Shown in pieces: positions 49,898 through 61,900 of a stretch of DNA of 64,000 nt. The first letter of the stretch is position 1. Each line of letters begins with the position of its first letter. The stretch spans positions 17,873,365 to 17,937,364 of the forward strand of contig NC_092678.1 in the NCBI RefSeq assembly GCF_964355755.1. The letters run 5' to 3'. A program made the translations under genes and the position numbers. Source of the DNA: Antedon mediterranea (taxonomy: Eukaryota > Animalia > Echinodermata). The notes under the pieces were generated by a model. It worked only from the letters and a program-made list of their open reading frames with translations. It had not been told where the DNA came from and did not search any database.

Positions 49898-52800
49898 TTA
49901 ACAATTTTACTGAACTTTGGTTAGTAGTATTATATTAGTGTTATGAGATTGTTTTATAATATTTCAAATATATTAATTTTTTTTTCTATGTTATGAAATT
50001 ATAAACATAATTTATGATACAGTAGGAACCCGGCTTTTTTTCTTGCCAAATGTGTGGCTTGATTGTACCATTGGATAGCATTATAAAATTCAAATACTTT
50101 CTATAATAGTAACTTTTGAAACCTCCTTTTTATAATGCAATATACTGTAAAATGTACCGTGTAGTGCAGTGCTTCTGATAATTTGTTTAATCAAACGCGG
50201 GAAATTATCTTGTTGACGTTAAGAAGAGATTACGTTGCCAATTTGCAGGTACGTAGTTAATCCCCAATCTAATGGAAAATTGGCCCATGGGCTTAATTGA
50301 AGCACTGCAAGGTTTTTTGTTAATCGGAAATATTGTATGATATCAATTATGTAACGTTATAGCGAGGAGACATATTTTTGTGCTGCTATGAACAACGGCT
50401 ATGAATAATCGTAGTATCATCACTTGAGTTTTTTGTTTGTGTATTTATTGTTTTACCCACCGTTAGTGTTGTACAGTACATTTGTAAGGTAACTATTATG
50501 CAATTTCACATATCTTTTTTTTTATAGTGAAAATGTACTGTAGTAAAAAAACAGAAATCTTGAAAAAGAGAAAAATGCTTTCCAACTGTTTATTTTAAGT
50601 TACATTCGTCAGCAGCAGGAAACCCGCCATTAACAGAATGGATTTAAAATATATAAATAAAACGATTTAAAATATTTTTAAAATGTTATAAAACAAATAG
50701 GCCTACTCACAGATCGTATTACTGTACAAAAACATTGAGCTATCAAAAAATGTGTCAATGAAAATATGTTTTTCAACACAATTGTTAAAAGTAAACAAAT
50801 ACGACCAATACATTCATTTTTGGTAGCTTTGACACGACACAAAAGAATAGATAAAGTAAAATATTAAAATTAGATTTACGAGTACGACATCCAAGCTTTA
50901 ACACGAAAGGAGAACAACGAGATAAAATCACATGTACAGGGAATCCTCTGATCCCGAATGTCCTATCTTTTGCATTGCGATTTTAGAAATTTAGGGCTGG
51001 CTATTTTCATTACACATTATAACATATCGTATTAAATAAGATATGTTATAAATGTACAATGAAAATAGTAAATTTTATTCTAATAAACGCCCTAGAGTGT
51101 TTATTGTTTGTAATTCACAACGTGTTACTCGTCTTAGCTCTTCTTCAGTTGGTATTCTTTTTGATATTCGATCGTCGCTGCAGAACAGAATCTTATTTTT
51201 AATCGTATATCCCACATGTTACCAGAATTTGAAATAACTTACCTTATTTTGACATTTCTTTTAAAACCAAATTATTAAATTATCTCAATATTTATATATT
51301 TTTTTAATGATTTTGATGTTGAAAATGTGTGTAGTTGGTCGCTTTCTTGTAGATGCTTTAATTGTAGATTTTTTTTTCTGTGTGAATCAGTACCTTCTTT
51401 TCAATCAAATCCCACGTATTACTAGAATTGAACTTACCTGATAAAATTCGCAACTTTGACATTTCTGGTATTTCTTTTAAAACCAAATATTTTTTTTTTA
51501 AATAATTTTGATGTTGAAATTGTGTGCAGTTGGTCGCTTTCTTTTAGATGCTTTAAGCGTAGAATGTATTTATTTTTTTGTGTTTTTTTTTCTCTGTTCT
51601 CTGTTTCGGGTTGACCAACTAGCATAGGTGTTTAACACCTGTTTGGTCTTTCCTTGCCTTTTATATTTGTTTTGTCCTTTTCTTTATATTAAATATGAAT
51701 ATGACAGGACAGGAAATGAAAATAAATATTCAAAAAAAAGAAGAAATAAATACCCATAGATATGAAAAAATACAACAAGGCCTAATTAGCATAATATCAA
51801 GAAGTAATACAATTTTGTATTAAAAATTCCTGTTAAATTGCAGATCCTTTCAATCATTGAATTCTTCAACAAATAGAAATGTATTGTAATAACATTGTAT
51901 ATGCATGTGGCGTTTGTTAGAATAAATAAGGTAGGGAGTTGCATAGAAAACCATATAAAAGAGTATTAAAGATATATAATTGTATTACAAACTCTGTGTC
52001 AAATATCAGACACGCTGACAATATAATTTTATAAATAAAAAGCAGTTTTCAAAATGTTAATGACATTTATTAAACAATAATAAAACAATACATTTTAAAA
52101 TAATGCGTCATTTGGACACCACTCAAGTAGTCATTAGTAAAAATAAATACTGTGAAGAAGAAGGTAAAGTTACGTCTACTAATTTATTTATAACTATTAT
52201 ATTGTTTTAACTTAATTATTATCATCCGGGTATTTTGTCGGTTCAAATGTCGTGGAAGTACCGGTCCATCTTAAATCTCTCCAATGGATATGATTGTTTT
52301 GCCTGAAGTTCAGCTGAAAAATAAGCTCCATTGAAAATATATTTTAAAAGATAGGCCTACTTTGTTGTACATTGTTAAACAAGGCCATATACATTGCTGC
52401 AGTCGCGTGCTCTAGTCAGTGTTAACCAACCGACCGACATAGTGAGCTGTTTAGTCGAGTTGCACGCACGCAACTGAACAGCGGCTGAAACGGTCAATAG
52501 TATACACTGGTCGTTATTTTGGCGTTATAGCTAATAGTTGCACATAAAAAGATAATGTAAACAGACGGATAACGGTAATAGAGATATAGAATGCCATTTC
52601 TTATGATCATGCACAAAGCGCGGAGCGCGGACTGTCGGTTCCGCTGAGGATAGATACAGCAGATTCTTCTTGGAACAACCTACGCGATTTCTGGCTTATT
52701 ACCACTCGTCTGTGTGTACTCCAACACTCGATTGAAGTGTTTTGTTGGGTTTTTTTTATAGTACGAAAGAAATTTTAATTTTTTTATTTTAATTTCTCAT

Positions 52801-52940
52801 GAAAAATGGAGCTAAATGTATTCATTACTATTAATTTTTTGGATATTTACTAAAATTACTGTATACTTTACGTGGGCCTAACTTTCAACCCATAGTTTTG
52901 TTGATATGCTGAAAATAAAGCTACATATTATACTTTTACT

Positions 52941-55900
52941 TCAAACATGTTGTATTTGTGTGAAATTGTTTAAACTGGATGAAAGATATTGGATGTAGTG
53001 TGGTGGTGGCGTAAACATTACTTTTGATTTGCCGTAAGCCTGACAATTATTTAGTCCTTGTGGTGGATAGACATTTGACACTGGCCAACATGGCATGCCA
53101 TCCCGAATCAACACATGCACTGGAACTTTCCGAGGTAACATCGGTATTTTCTCAAACGATTCTTCTCGTAGAGATTTCTTCAACTTGTAGCGACGATTCT
53201 GAAACCAGATTTTCACTTGTGTAGGAGTCAGACGAATGAGATGAGCCAGACGGTGACGTTCCAGTGGTGATAAATATTGGTTTTGATGAAAGTGCCTCTC
53301 TAGTTCGTAAGTCTGTGCTTTTGTAAAAACTCTTCGTAGTTTTCGTTTTTTCAGTAATCTTTCTAATGCTTCGAAATGAGATTTCTTTTCTAAAAAGCGA
53401 AACAAATTATTATTGAATTATTATAACATGCAAATTTAAGAATACCATAAATAAGAGTAAGATTATACTAACAACGAACGAACGATTATTTCTTTATATT
53501 TATGTTCGAAAAGAGGTAAAATATCATTTGTGTTGTTTAAAAAGTAAAAATCGAATTTTTTATTGATAAGGAAAAAAAGCAGAGAGATAATGGAGCGGAA
53601 TCCCTGAAAATACAATATTGTAAACTTGATTTAGGCCTACTTGTTACATGTTAGGCAATCTTGTAATACGGTTATTAATGTGTAGGCCTCTGTATGACTC
53701 GATGACTGTATGATTAGAGTAAATTGAGTGAATGAATGTCTGTAATAACGGGTTAGGTATTAAAGTAAGCAACTGAAGTTATACATAGTTTGATACGACG
53801 AAAAACGTTCCCTCATTTTATGAATATTGAAAGAACTACATTCAAAGTTGTAAATCTTGGTTTATTTCTATAATTTTTACTTGATGGTATATAAAGTTGG
53901 TTCCTACTTTCCGTACTGATTTTAACCATCTGATGTAACCCTGTTTACTAATTAAATTGAGTTAGGTAATTAGTTATTGACGATTAAAGTGCTAGTGCCA
54001 CACTTTCGACAAATACGACATTTACTATTATCAGTATCAAGAATAATATATGTAGATACTGTGTTAAATTGAGTTTCAATAATAAAGTGTTATATATATG
54101 AAAAAAAAAGCAATATGTGTGTCGTTATTTGGTCACGAAATGTTACCTTTCGACATTTGTATGTGACGTCACAGCCAGAACACCGACGATCGCGAGGAGG
54201 AACTAACCTGCATCTTGCGCCTTATAACACACCCCGCGGCGATCACAACAAGCTTACTGAATATTTGTTATGGATTCCGAAAGCGATTTAGAAAGTGTTT
54301 CATCAGATAGACCAAGTAGTAGTAGTTCATCATCAAGTGATGAGGAAAATGGTACTGGCCTTATAATACCATATAATTTCGAACCACGTTTTGAGGAACA
54401 TGAATTACAAGACATTGATGAAGAAGCCCAAGGTGAAGATGTTGACATGATGGCTGCACGCCTGGATAATTTAGAATGGTAGGTGTTCCCCCGTTGTGGT
54501 TGTTGTAGTGAAGCGTCTGCTTGATTGGGCTAGGCCTAATTAATCAATCGAAGCTAGAGCTACCTCAGTGTTTCTAAATTCTAAATATACAATCGGTTTT
54601 TTTTTCAAATTTTGTGAGATGCCATACGTTAATATAAAGTCCCCATCGTAATTTGTTTGATGATTATTATTAGATGGGTCGGATTTGGGACGGTGGTTTA
54701 ATAATAATAGGCTACTCCTTGCTTGGCTTGGGTTTGGTTATAATAATAGATGGACTAGGCCTAAAGTATTAATATTAATATTCTGGTCATAGTTCAAATG
54801 GGCATTTGAATTTCACTTGATTGAGTGACTGCTGATATGATCAACTAATTATAATCATAATAATTAATTTTATAATGACTAAATACATGTTTTCATCTTG
54901 TTCAGGTGTTCCTGTGAACATTGCCAAATCATGGGCTCAGGGGAAGAGTGCATCTGCTGCAAGGAGTGCGAAAACACAAGTGCTAAACTTGAAGACAATG
55001 TCAATCTGTTCAACAATGATGCTCCATTCTCCTGCATCACAAATCATCCAGGTTTCAAGTCTGTTGCTCTTGACCCTTGGGTGCTGGAAGTAGCATGGCT
55101 TTCGTATAAGCAACACTATGATAAGAAAGTTATCTATAACGGACCAAAAAACAAAAAGTACCGTCACATATCGTACAGACAGTATGCCCGATGGATACAT
55201 GGATATGTCGGAAAAAATATCCGTATAGTGCTTCCGTCTTGTGTTGTCTCTTGCATAAGAGCACATTTCCCACCACCTGGAGATGACCCAGTGTTTACAG
55301 GATTTAAATTACCCGACCTAAATTAAAACAGCCATAGCAGCATTTTAATTTTCTTATACTATTTAGTATTAGTTTAATAATTTTTTGAAATTAAATAAAG
55401 TACAGTAATAATTTATACAATTTGCAACTCATTTTGATTTTATTGCTTCTCTCACTCATATACATCTCCAATACATTGTTATTGGGGAAAAAATGAAATA
55501 GTCTGAAAATACAGTACATTGTGGATATTTCAACAATTTTATTATGTCTACAATAATATGCTGTGTTCAATTCATTTATATGATTAATAAACATGGTGTC
55601 AAGTTATTACTGGTTTTTAAACCGGCTTGTATGTTGGGCAACTGCAGCACTTTTTTCAGGTCTTTCAAATGCTGCGCACAATGATGGTGGTATGGTCTCT
55701 GTAAATGCATCTAGATTTGGTTCCATAACAACCTCAAGAAGACTCTTGAACAACTCATCAACATAATTATATGTACATTCTGTTAAAAGTTTTTTAACAA
55801 TGTAACCCCCTTTCTTGTACTTGGGAAATGATATTACGTATTGCTTTTCTCCAGCCTTATTTACCATTTGTTCTCTGGTACTGTTCTCATTATAGTGAAG

Positions 55901-58900
55901 AGCAGCTATGAAAAGTCGACTCTTCATTCCACTATATGAAAAGTGGAACATTTTAGGAGCAAAATGATTAATAAGGCTATGGTACCCTTCCACTGATGAC
56001 GTTTGCCCATGAGGTGAAGAATTGCGAATGTCCTTCACCAACATTTTGGTTTCAACAAATTTTTGTAAGGCATCACAAGCTTCAGTATCAGCAGTCAACC
56101 ACTTTGTTAACCGTTGGTCTGAAGGAGACATTACCGGATGGGCACATTCCGTATATGGTTCAGGATGTCCAGTATGAAGATTTTGTACATGTCTTACCAC
56201 AGACTTCCACTTTGCTTCAATGATATCTTTTTCATCAATGTTGGTGGACATTACACACCAGTAATAATGGTTAGAAATAGATTTTTGCCAATTACCTAAA
56301 AGGTTACACGATTTTTTTGTTGATATGGCCTGGATCTTTTTCTTAATACTTTTTGCAATGTGCCAGCAGTCAAAATAATGCTTAATGTCTGGAAAATTAT
56401 CCCTTAAATATTTTTGTAGTTGTCTATGTCTATCGGAAACAATTGTACTTATATTTACTTTGAAATCTTTAAAGACATCCAATGTTTTTTGTAGACCCTT
56501 AAGTTCCATATGATAAGATGATTTAACATCACTACTCTGAACTAATTCAACATTCAAAATCTTATTTTCGGTCAAGTCAACTGATGTGTATGAACCATAT
56601 TTTGCACTGTGGCCCATACTGTCACAGCGTCCATCTACGCCAATAGAAATATCCTTGCCCTGTAATTCAGCAAAGTGCTTATCCCTTTTAGAAAACCAAT
56701 TATTCCTTACAACTCTGTGCAAGAAATTTTGTTGGTGACGGAAAAAAGTACGTTTACTAATGGCGCTCACATTTATACTTTTTAGCGCTCTTAAAAATTG
56801 TGTGGGTGTTGAGCCAGAAAAAAGAATAGCCCCACTTAGTAGAATGTTACCCATTGGGGTACCTCTAGCTTCTGGCTGACTTTTCCACTCGCGGTTAGTG
56901 TGGCAACATAAGCATCTTATGTTTGCAATAAGCATGCTTCCCTTGTTACGACAACATACTTGAACTTTACTGGAAAAACAGGAAAGGCATATAGAAAGTA
57001 GCATCAGTAGGTGATTGTGAAAAACAATGTATTTTGGCTGTCTATGTGCATCCCCATTAAATCCTTTCATCTCATCATCTTCCATCTCTGTATCCTCACC
57101 ATCTGAAACCGATACATCCTCTTCCGGTCGATAATCTGAATCGCTATCATCTTCTGTCGACTCATCAAAATCTTCATCATCTTCATCAGACGATTGTTCT
57201 TTGTATGTTGGTTTGGCTTTTTTGGGTGCCACGACTTTAGCTTTGCTCATTTTTCGTCGCCGAACACGTTTTCTTTGCTTTCGTGTCTGTGTGCCTCTGG
57301 ACACCATAAGAGGCTTATCGCATACACTTGCCAGCTCCTGTTCATCCTCTTCCTCATCCTCTGTTCCAGTAATAAGCTCCCTGATCACTCCCGCCTTTTC
57401 TCTTTTAACAAATGCTGACCTGTTGGAATGAATATTAATACTATTAATAAATAAATATCAGACAAACCTAAACATTTTTTCTTTTATTTATTGAATCTAT
57501 TACACTAACCTCTGTGCTGTACACTCTTTGGCCACCTGACCACCATCGTCGGATGTCTCCCTCACAACATGTATTGTTGGTACCGCTGTTTTGGCATTCA
57601 GTAAAAGCCTAAAAGTAGTGAGGAAACCGTTGTCTAGTTAATATTAAGGGCAAAATAACGTAAGCAATATAATTATAATATAGTTGTTAGTTCCCACTTA
57701 CACCGACAGGACATTCTCCTACTGAGCATAATAGTGTAGGCATTGACTAACCTCCATCATGTTTGTACAGCATTCAGTAGTACTAATTAGGCCTGGCTAG
57801 GCTAGCCCTTATCCCATTATTATTAATGTAATAAGCCAAATACATAACAACTAGGTTAGGCCTAGTTGAGTTATCTGTGTGGTGTAGGCAAAACTGTTAC
57901 TATTACTTATTAATTATGTTAAGTTTATTTAAAGATAAACCAACATAAAGTAAATACTATACATATATATCAGGCGGAGCAACTGTACTCTGTATGTATG
58001 TACAGTAGTTTTAATGTTACTGCAAATTATGTGCCGGTGTAAGATTTAAATGTGTCCGGTGTTTGAAAGTGTCCACTGGACAATTTTCAGCATTGAATAG
58101 TGTAATACCAGCTGTTGAAAATGGCTGCAACCACCCGGGCAGCTTTCATCGATAAAAAAAGTAGGACCATCGACATCGACATCATAATATTAACCCCGTA
58201 AAAACTAGGGCACTGGACGGTCACCAACTCCCGTTAGGGTAATTATAATTCCTTAGAATACCAACTTGAATCGCAAAATATCAAGTCGATTGAAATAAAT
58301 ATTACTATTATTATATCTGGAGACATATAGTCTAATCAAATTAAATTGTTTGTTTTTGATTGAGTATATACAACCTGTTGTCAATTTGAAGTAAATCGAC
58401 AACTTGAAAAAATATATGGCCTACCGGTACTGTATTATTATTTCTAGGGAATGAATATCACTAAATCATATAGGCATAGGGCCTACCTATTTTCGTTCTC
58501 TCGAAATATTATTTCATTGGAATTCGAATTACTAATTCGCGAGAGAACGAAATAATTTCCCTCGAAATTATTTCGTTCTCTCGATCATTCCTTGTCTCGA
58601 AGTAGTAATTCGTTTTTTATATTGTTCAGTTCTTGAAATCTTATTTTGTTCTCCCTAAATATATTTGTTCCCTCAAAATATTTTTCAGTTCTCAAAATAT
58701 TATTTTGTAATATTCATAATACTGTTACTAATTTAATAATATTAACTGATAACAAAAGTGCTTTAAACAAGTAAGTTCGTCATTGTTAAAGTGAGTTCTT
58801 TTTCATTATATTTTTTTTCACAGATGCCTGATTTTTGGTTTTATTTAATAAAACATTGAATTGGTTAGTCACAATATTTTTTTTGTTTCTAGAGATTTTA

Positions 58901-61900
58901 CATTATTTATTTATTTATCTAAAATACATTTGAAAAATATTGTTGATGCATATTACCAAAAAATATTTATTTTTTTATATTTTATATGGCAAAATAAACA
59001 CCTTAATTGCGCATCATAATTATTCGTTCACTCAAGGGTATTTCGGTTTTTTGTATTTTTTGAATAATCTCTAAAAAAAAAACGTCCACCTCTCCTAAGG
59101 GACCACTTCTCATAATTCCGTAACGACCACCTTTCGCAAATTACCACCTCTATTGAGGTGGTCACTTACGGGAGGTGTAGTAGGTAAAAGAAGTGGTCGT
59201 CTACGAGCGGTGGTAGTTTATGAAAGCAGTCCGTTATGAGAGGTGGTTACCCCTTCAGGAGGTTGTCCATTGTGAGAAGCGGTCCTTTAACAGAGGTAGT
59301 CCCTTTTAAATATTAAAGGTGGTCGCTAACAAGGGTGGTTGCTTACGATCAGAGTGCTAAGTTTTGAAAGCCGATCACTTACGAGAGGTGGATAGACTGA
59401 CGGCAAGTAGAGAAATACATTTGCACATGATTTAGACATTTAGGTTTGTAAAATATATAATATTTTATTAGCTGGCGATATTAACTACATTAGCTGTGAG
59501 GCAATTTTCGTTACTACATTACCTGTTGAGTTGTACATGAGTATAATGTTGATTTTTATTTGATAAATAAGCTGTTGGTGTTTCTACATCATTAGCTAGT
59601 TCTAGGTTTTATTATATGGGTGGATTTGACTTTTCTACACTAGCAGTTTTGAACAGGGCCTACTGTGTTTAAATGGAATGCTACAAGTTGTATTATATTT
59701 TTTTATTTATCGTTTTGTGTACTAAAGTGGCAGCATAATCAGTATTTATTTTTACCAGATGTCCAACAAGGGTAATGTCCCAATTGGTAATTGCCACAAT
59801 TGTCAGGTCAACCTCAAAACAGCGGCTCTCGGGACCGGGAGAGTTGTATGATTTGTTTTTATTTTTTTTTTTTTTTGAATGCGCCTTGAGCACTCTGTGG
59901 TATGTGCGCTATAAAAATCCTGTTATTATTATTTGTTATTATTATTTCACCTTTTAGTCGTGTCTGTCTTACAGTAAAGTGATCTTTAATTGGAAGAGGA
60001 CCAGTACAATTACTTGTTTTTAATCACATGATTATAAACTATTTATTCCTCTTGTCTGTGCTCGTACAAAATAATAAAACGGTCGCTAATTGGAAGTGTC
60101 TTAAAGTAAAGTGATCTTTAATTGGAAGAGGACCAGTACAATTACTTGTTTTTTATCACATGATTATAAACTATTTATTCCTCTTGTCTGTACTCATACA
60201 AAATAATAAAACGGTCGCTAAATGGAAGTGTTTAAATTGAAGTGATCTTTAATTGGAAGAGGACCAGTACAATTACTTGTTTTTTATCACATGATTATAA
60301 ACTATTTCTTCTTCTTGTCTTTATTCATACAAAATAATATAACGGTCGCTAATTAGAGGTGTCTTAAAGTAAAGTGACCTTTAATTGGAAGCGGACCAGT
60401 ACATTTACTTAATTTTGTCACATAATTAAACTATTAATTATTCTTACCTTTACTCATACCAATTAATAAAAATGGTCGCTAATTAGAGGTGTCTTAAAGT
60501 AAAGTGATCTTTAATTGGAAGCGGACCAGTACAGTTACTTAATTTTGTCACATAATTAAAACTATTAATTATTATTGTCTTTACTCATACCAATTAATAA
60601 AATGGTCGCTAATTGGAGGTGTTTTAAGTAAAGTGGTCCTTTATTGAAAGAGGTCCAGTACAATTACTTGTTTTTTGTCACATAATTAATAACTATTATT
60701 ATATTCTTCTTGCTTTATTAATACTAAATAATATAATGGTCGCTAATTGGAGGTGTTTTAGGTAAAGTGATTTTTAATTGGAAGAGGAACACTTCATTTA
60801 CTTGTTTTTGTCACATACTTAACAATTATTTATTCTTCTTGTCTTTTCACATACCATATAATATAATGGTCCCTAATTGGAGGTGTTTAGGCAAAGCGAT
60901 CTTTATTTAGAAAAAAAAAATTTGTTTGGCATCATTAAGTATTATTGGTTATTAAAAAAAGACAAGACAAGTGCAGGCGTGGTAAAAACAACCACCTATC
61001 ATAAAACGTATGATACAGTATTTAATAGTGGACGCATTTCAATCCATGGGTCAGACATTATTAAACGGGCCGGACAGCATTAAATTGTTGAAAAACGCCC
61101 ACGAACCCGTTGAAACATGCAACTGGACACTATCCAATGCTGAAAAGTGTCCACCCGGACACTTTTGAATGCTGGACACAATTCAATCTTACACCGGCGC
61201 GCCTAGAAGCTAGGCTTGGCCCAGCGGGCCCAGCAGGCCTAACAATAGCGACGGCGAACGTATTTTATGCAGTTTTTGTTGAAGGTAAAATATTAAAAGT
61301 AAATTCATCTAATTAACAAATACTTACTTTGTAGCTAGACCAGCTTTGAATTGACCCATGTTTGTAAATGAATCGTCTGAAAAATGCTTAAAACAGAGCA
61401 CTGATCGAGCTGTGGGTTTCCATTTATCGCGTTTTGTACGTACAAATCGCGTCCATTGCCTGGCGATGGAACTGTCCTTTGGCCACCGAAACAATAAGTT
61501 ATTTTCATGATCACAATTCGCAGCAACACAGCGAGAAGGCATATTGATTTATTATAATAGATAAATAAAAAAGTAGCTGACAATAATAATAGTTGAAAAT
61601 AACAATTAGTACCAGTAGAAAGCAGTATACAGTATATATTATTAGTAGTAAACCAGCGTCTCATGCATGCACGTGTGTTGTTTTAAAAGGCGGAAGTAGA
61701 ATGTCTTCTGCCTGTGACGTCACGCTTATAAAGTACGAGGGCATATTAACGTTCCTAATTAAGAGGCGATTACGGCCATACCGTTAAAAGTAGGTCAATG
61801 CAAATTTCGGTCAAGATTTATAGACATTAAGTCTACCCAAAAAATCATTAATATCTTAATTTAAAGGCTGTGGCACTAGCACTTTAAAACGAATTTAGGT

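Larger units (their letters stand above)
53988..61883 (-). mobile_element. Complete autonomous Kolobok-type DNA transposon (7896 bp) in the homeobox intron
   Basis: TTAA at 53984-53987 and 61884-61887; perfect 15-bp TIR AGTGCTAGTGCCACA (53988-54002) / TGTGGCACTAGCACT (61869-61883); AG..CT termini; two convergent genes, transposase and KolX-like. Confidence 0.92.

Noticed and set aside
51120-52310. Possible extra small minus-strand exons and a ~200-bp local duplication (51208-51380 / 51408-51570) with GTAAGT donors
   Set aside because: Could not assemble a consistent frame or recognise a protein; may be UTR or non-coding.
54270-55326. A true P2X7 purinoceptor gene
   Set aside because: No transmembrane helices or ectodomain exons; it lies within TIR/TSD-bounded transposon ends.
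61324-61542. Independent small THAP host gene
   Set aside because: A phase-2 donor at 61327 joins in frame to the AVPTI exon and the DDE exon; it is transposase exon 1.
53988-61883. Long terminal direct repeats (KolobokP-like or LTR structure)
   Set aside because: The two ends share only the 15-bp inverted repeat and a CRE motif; no direct repeat seen.
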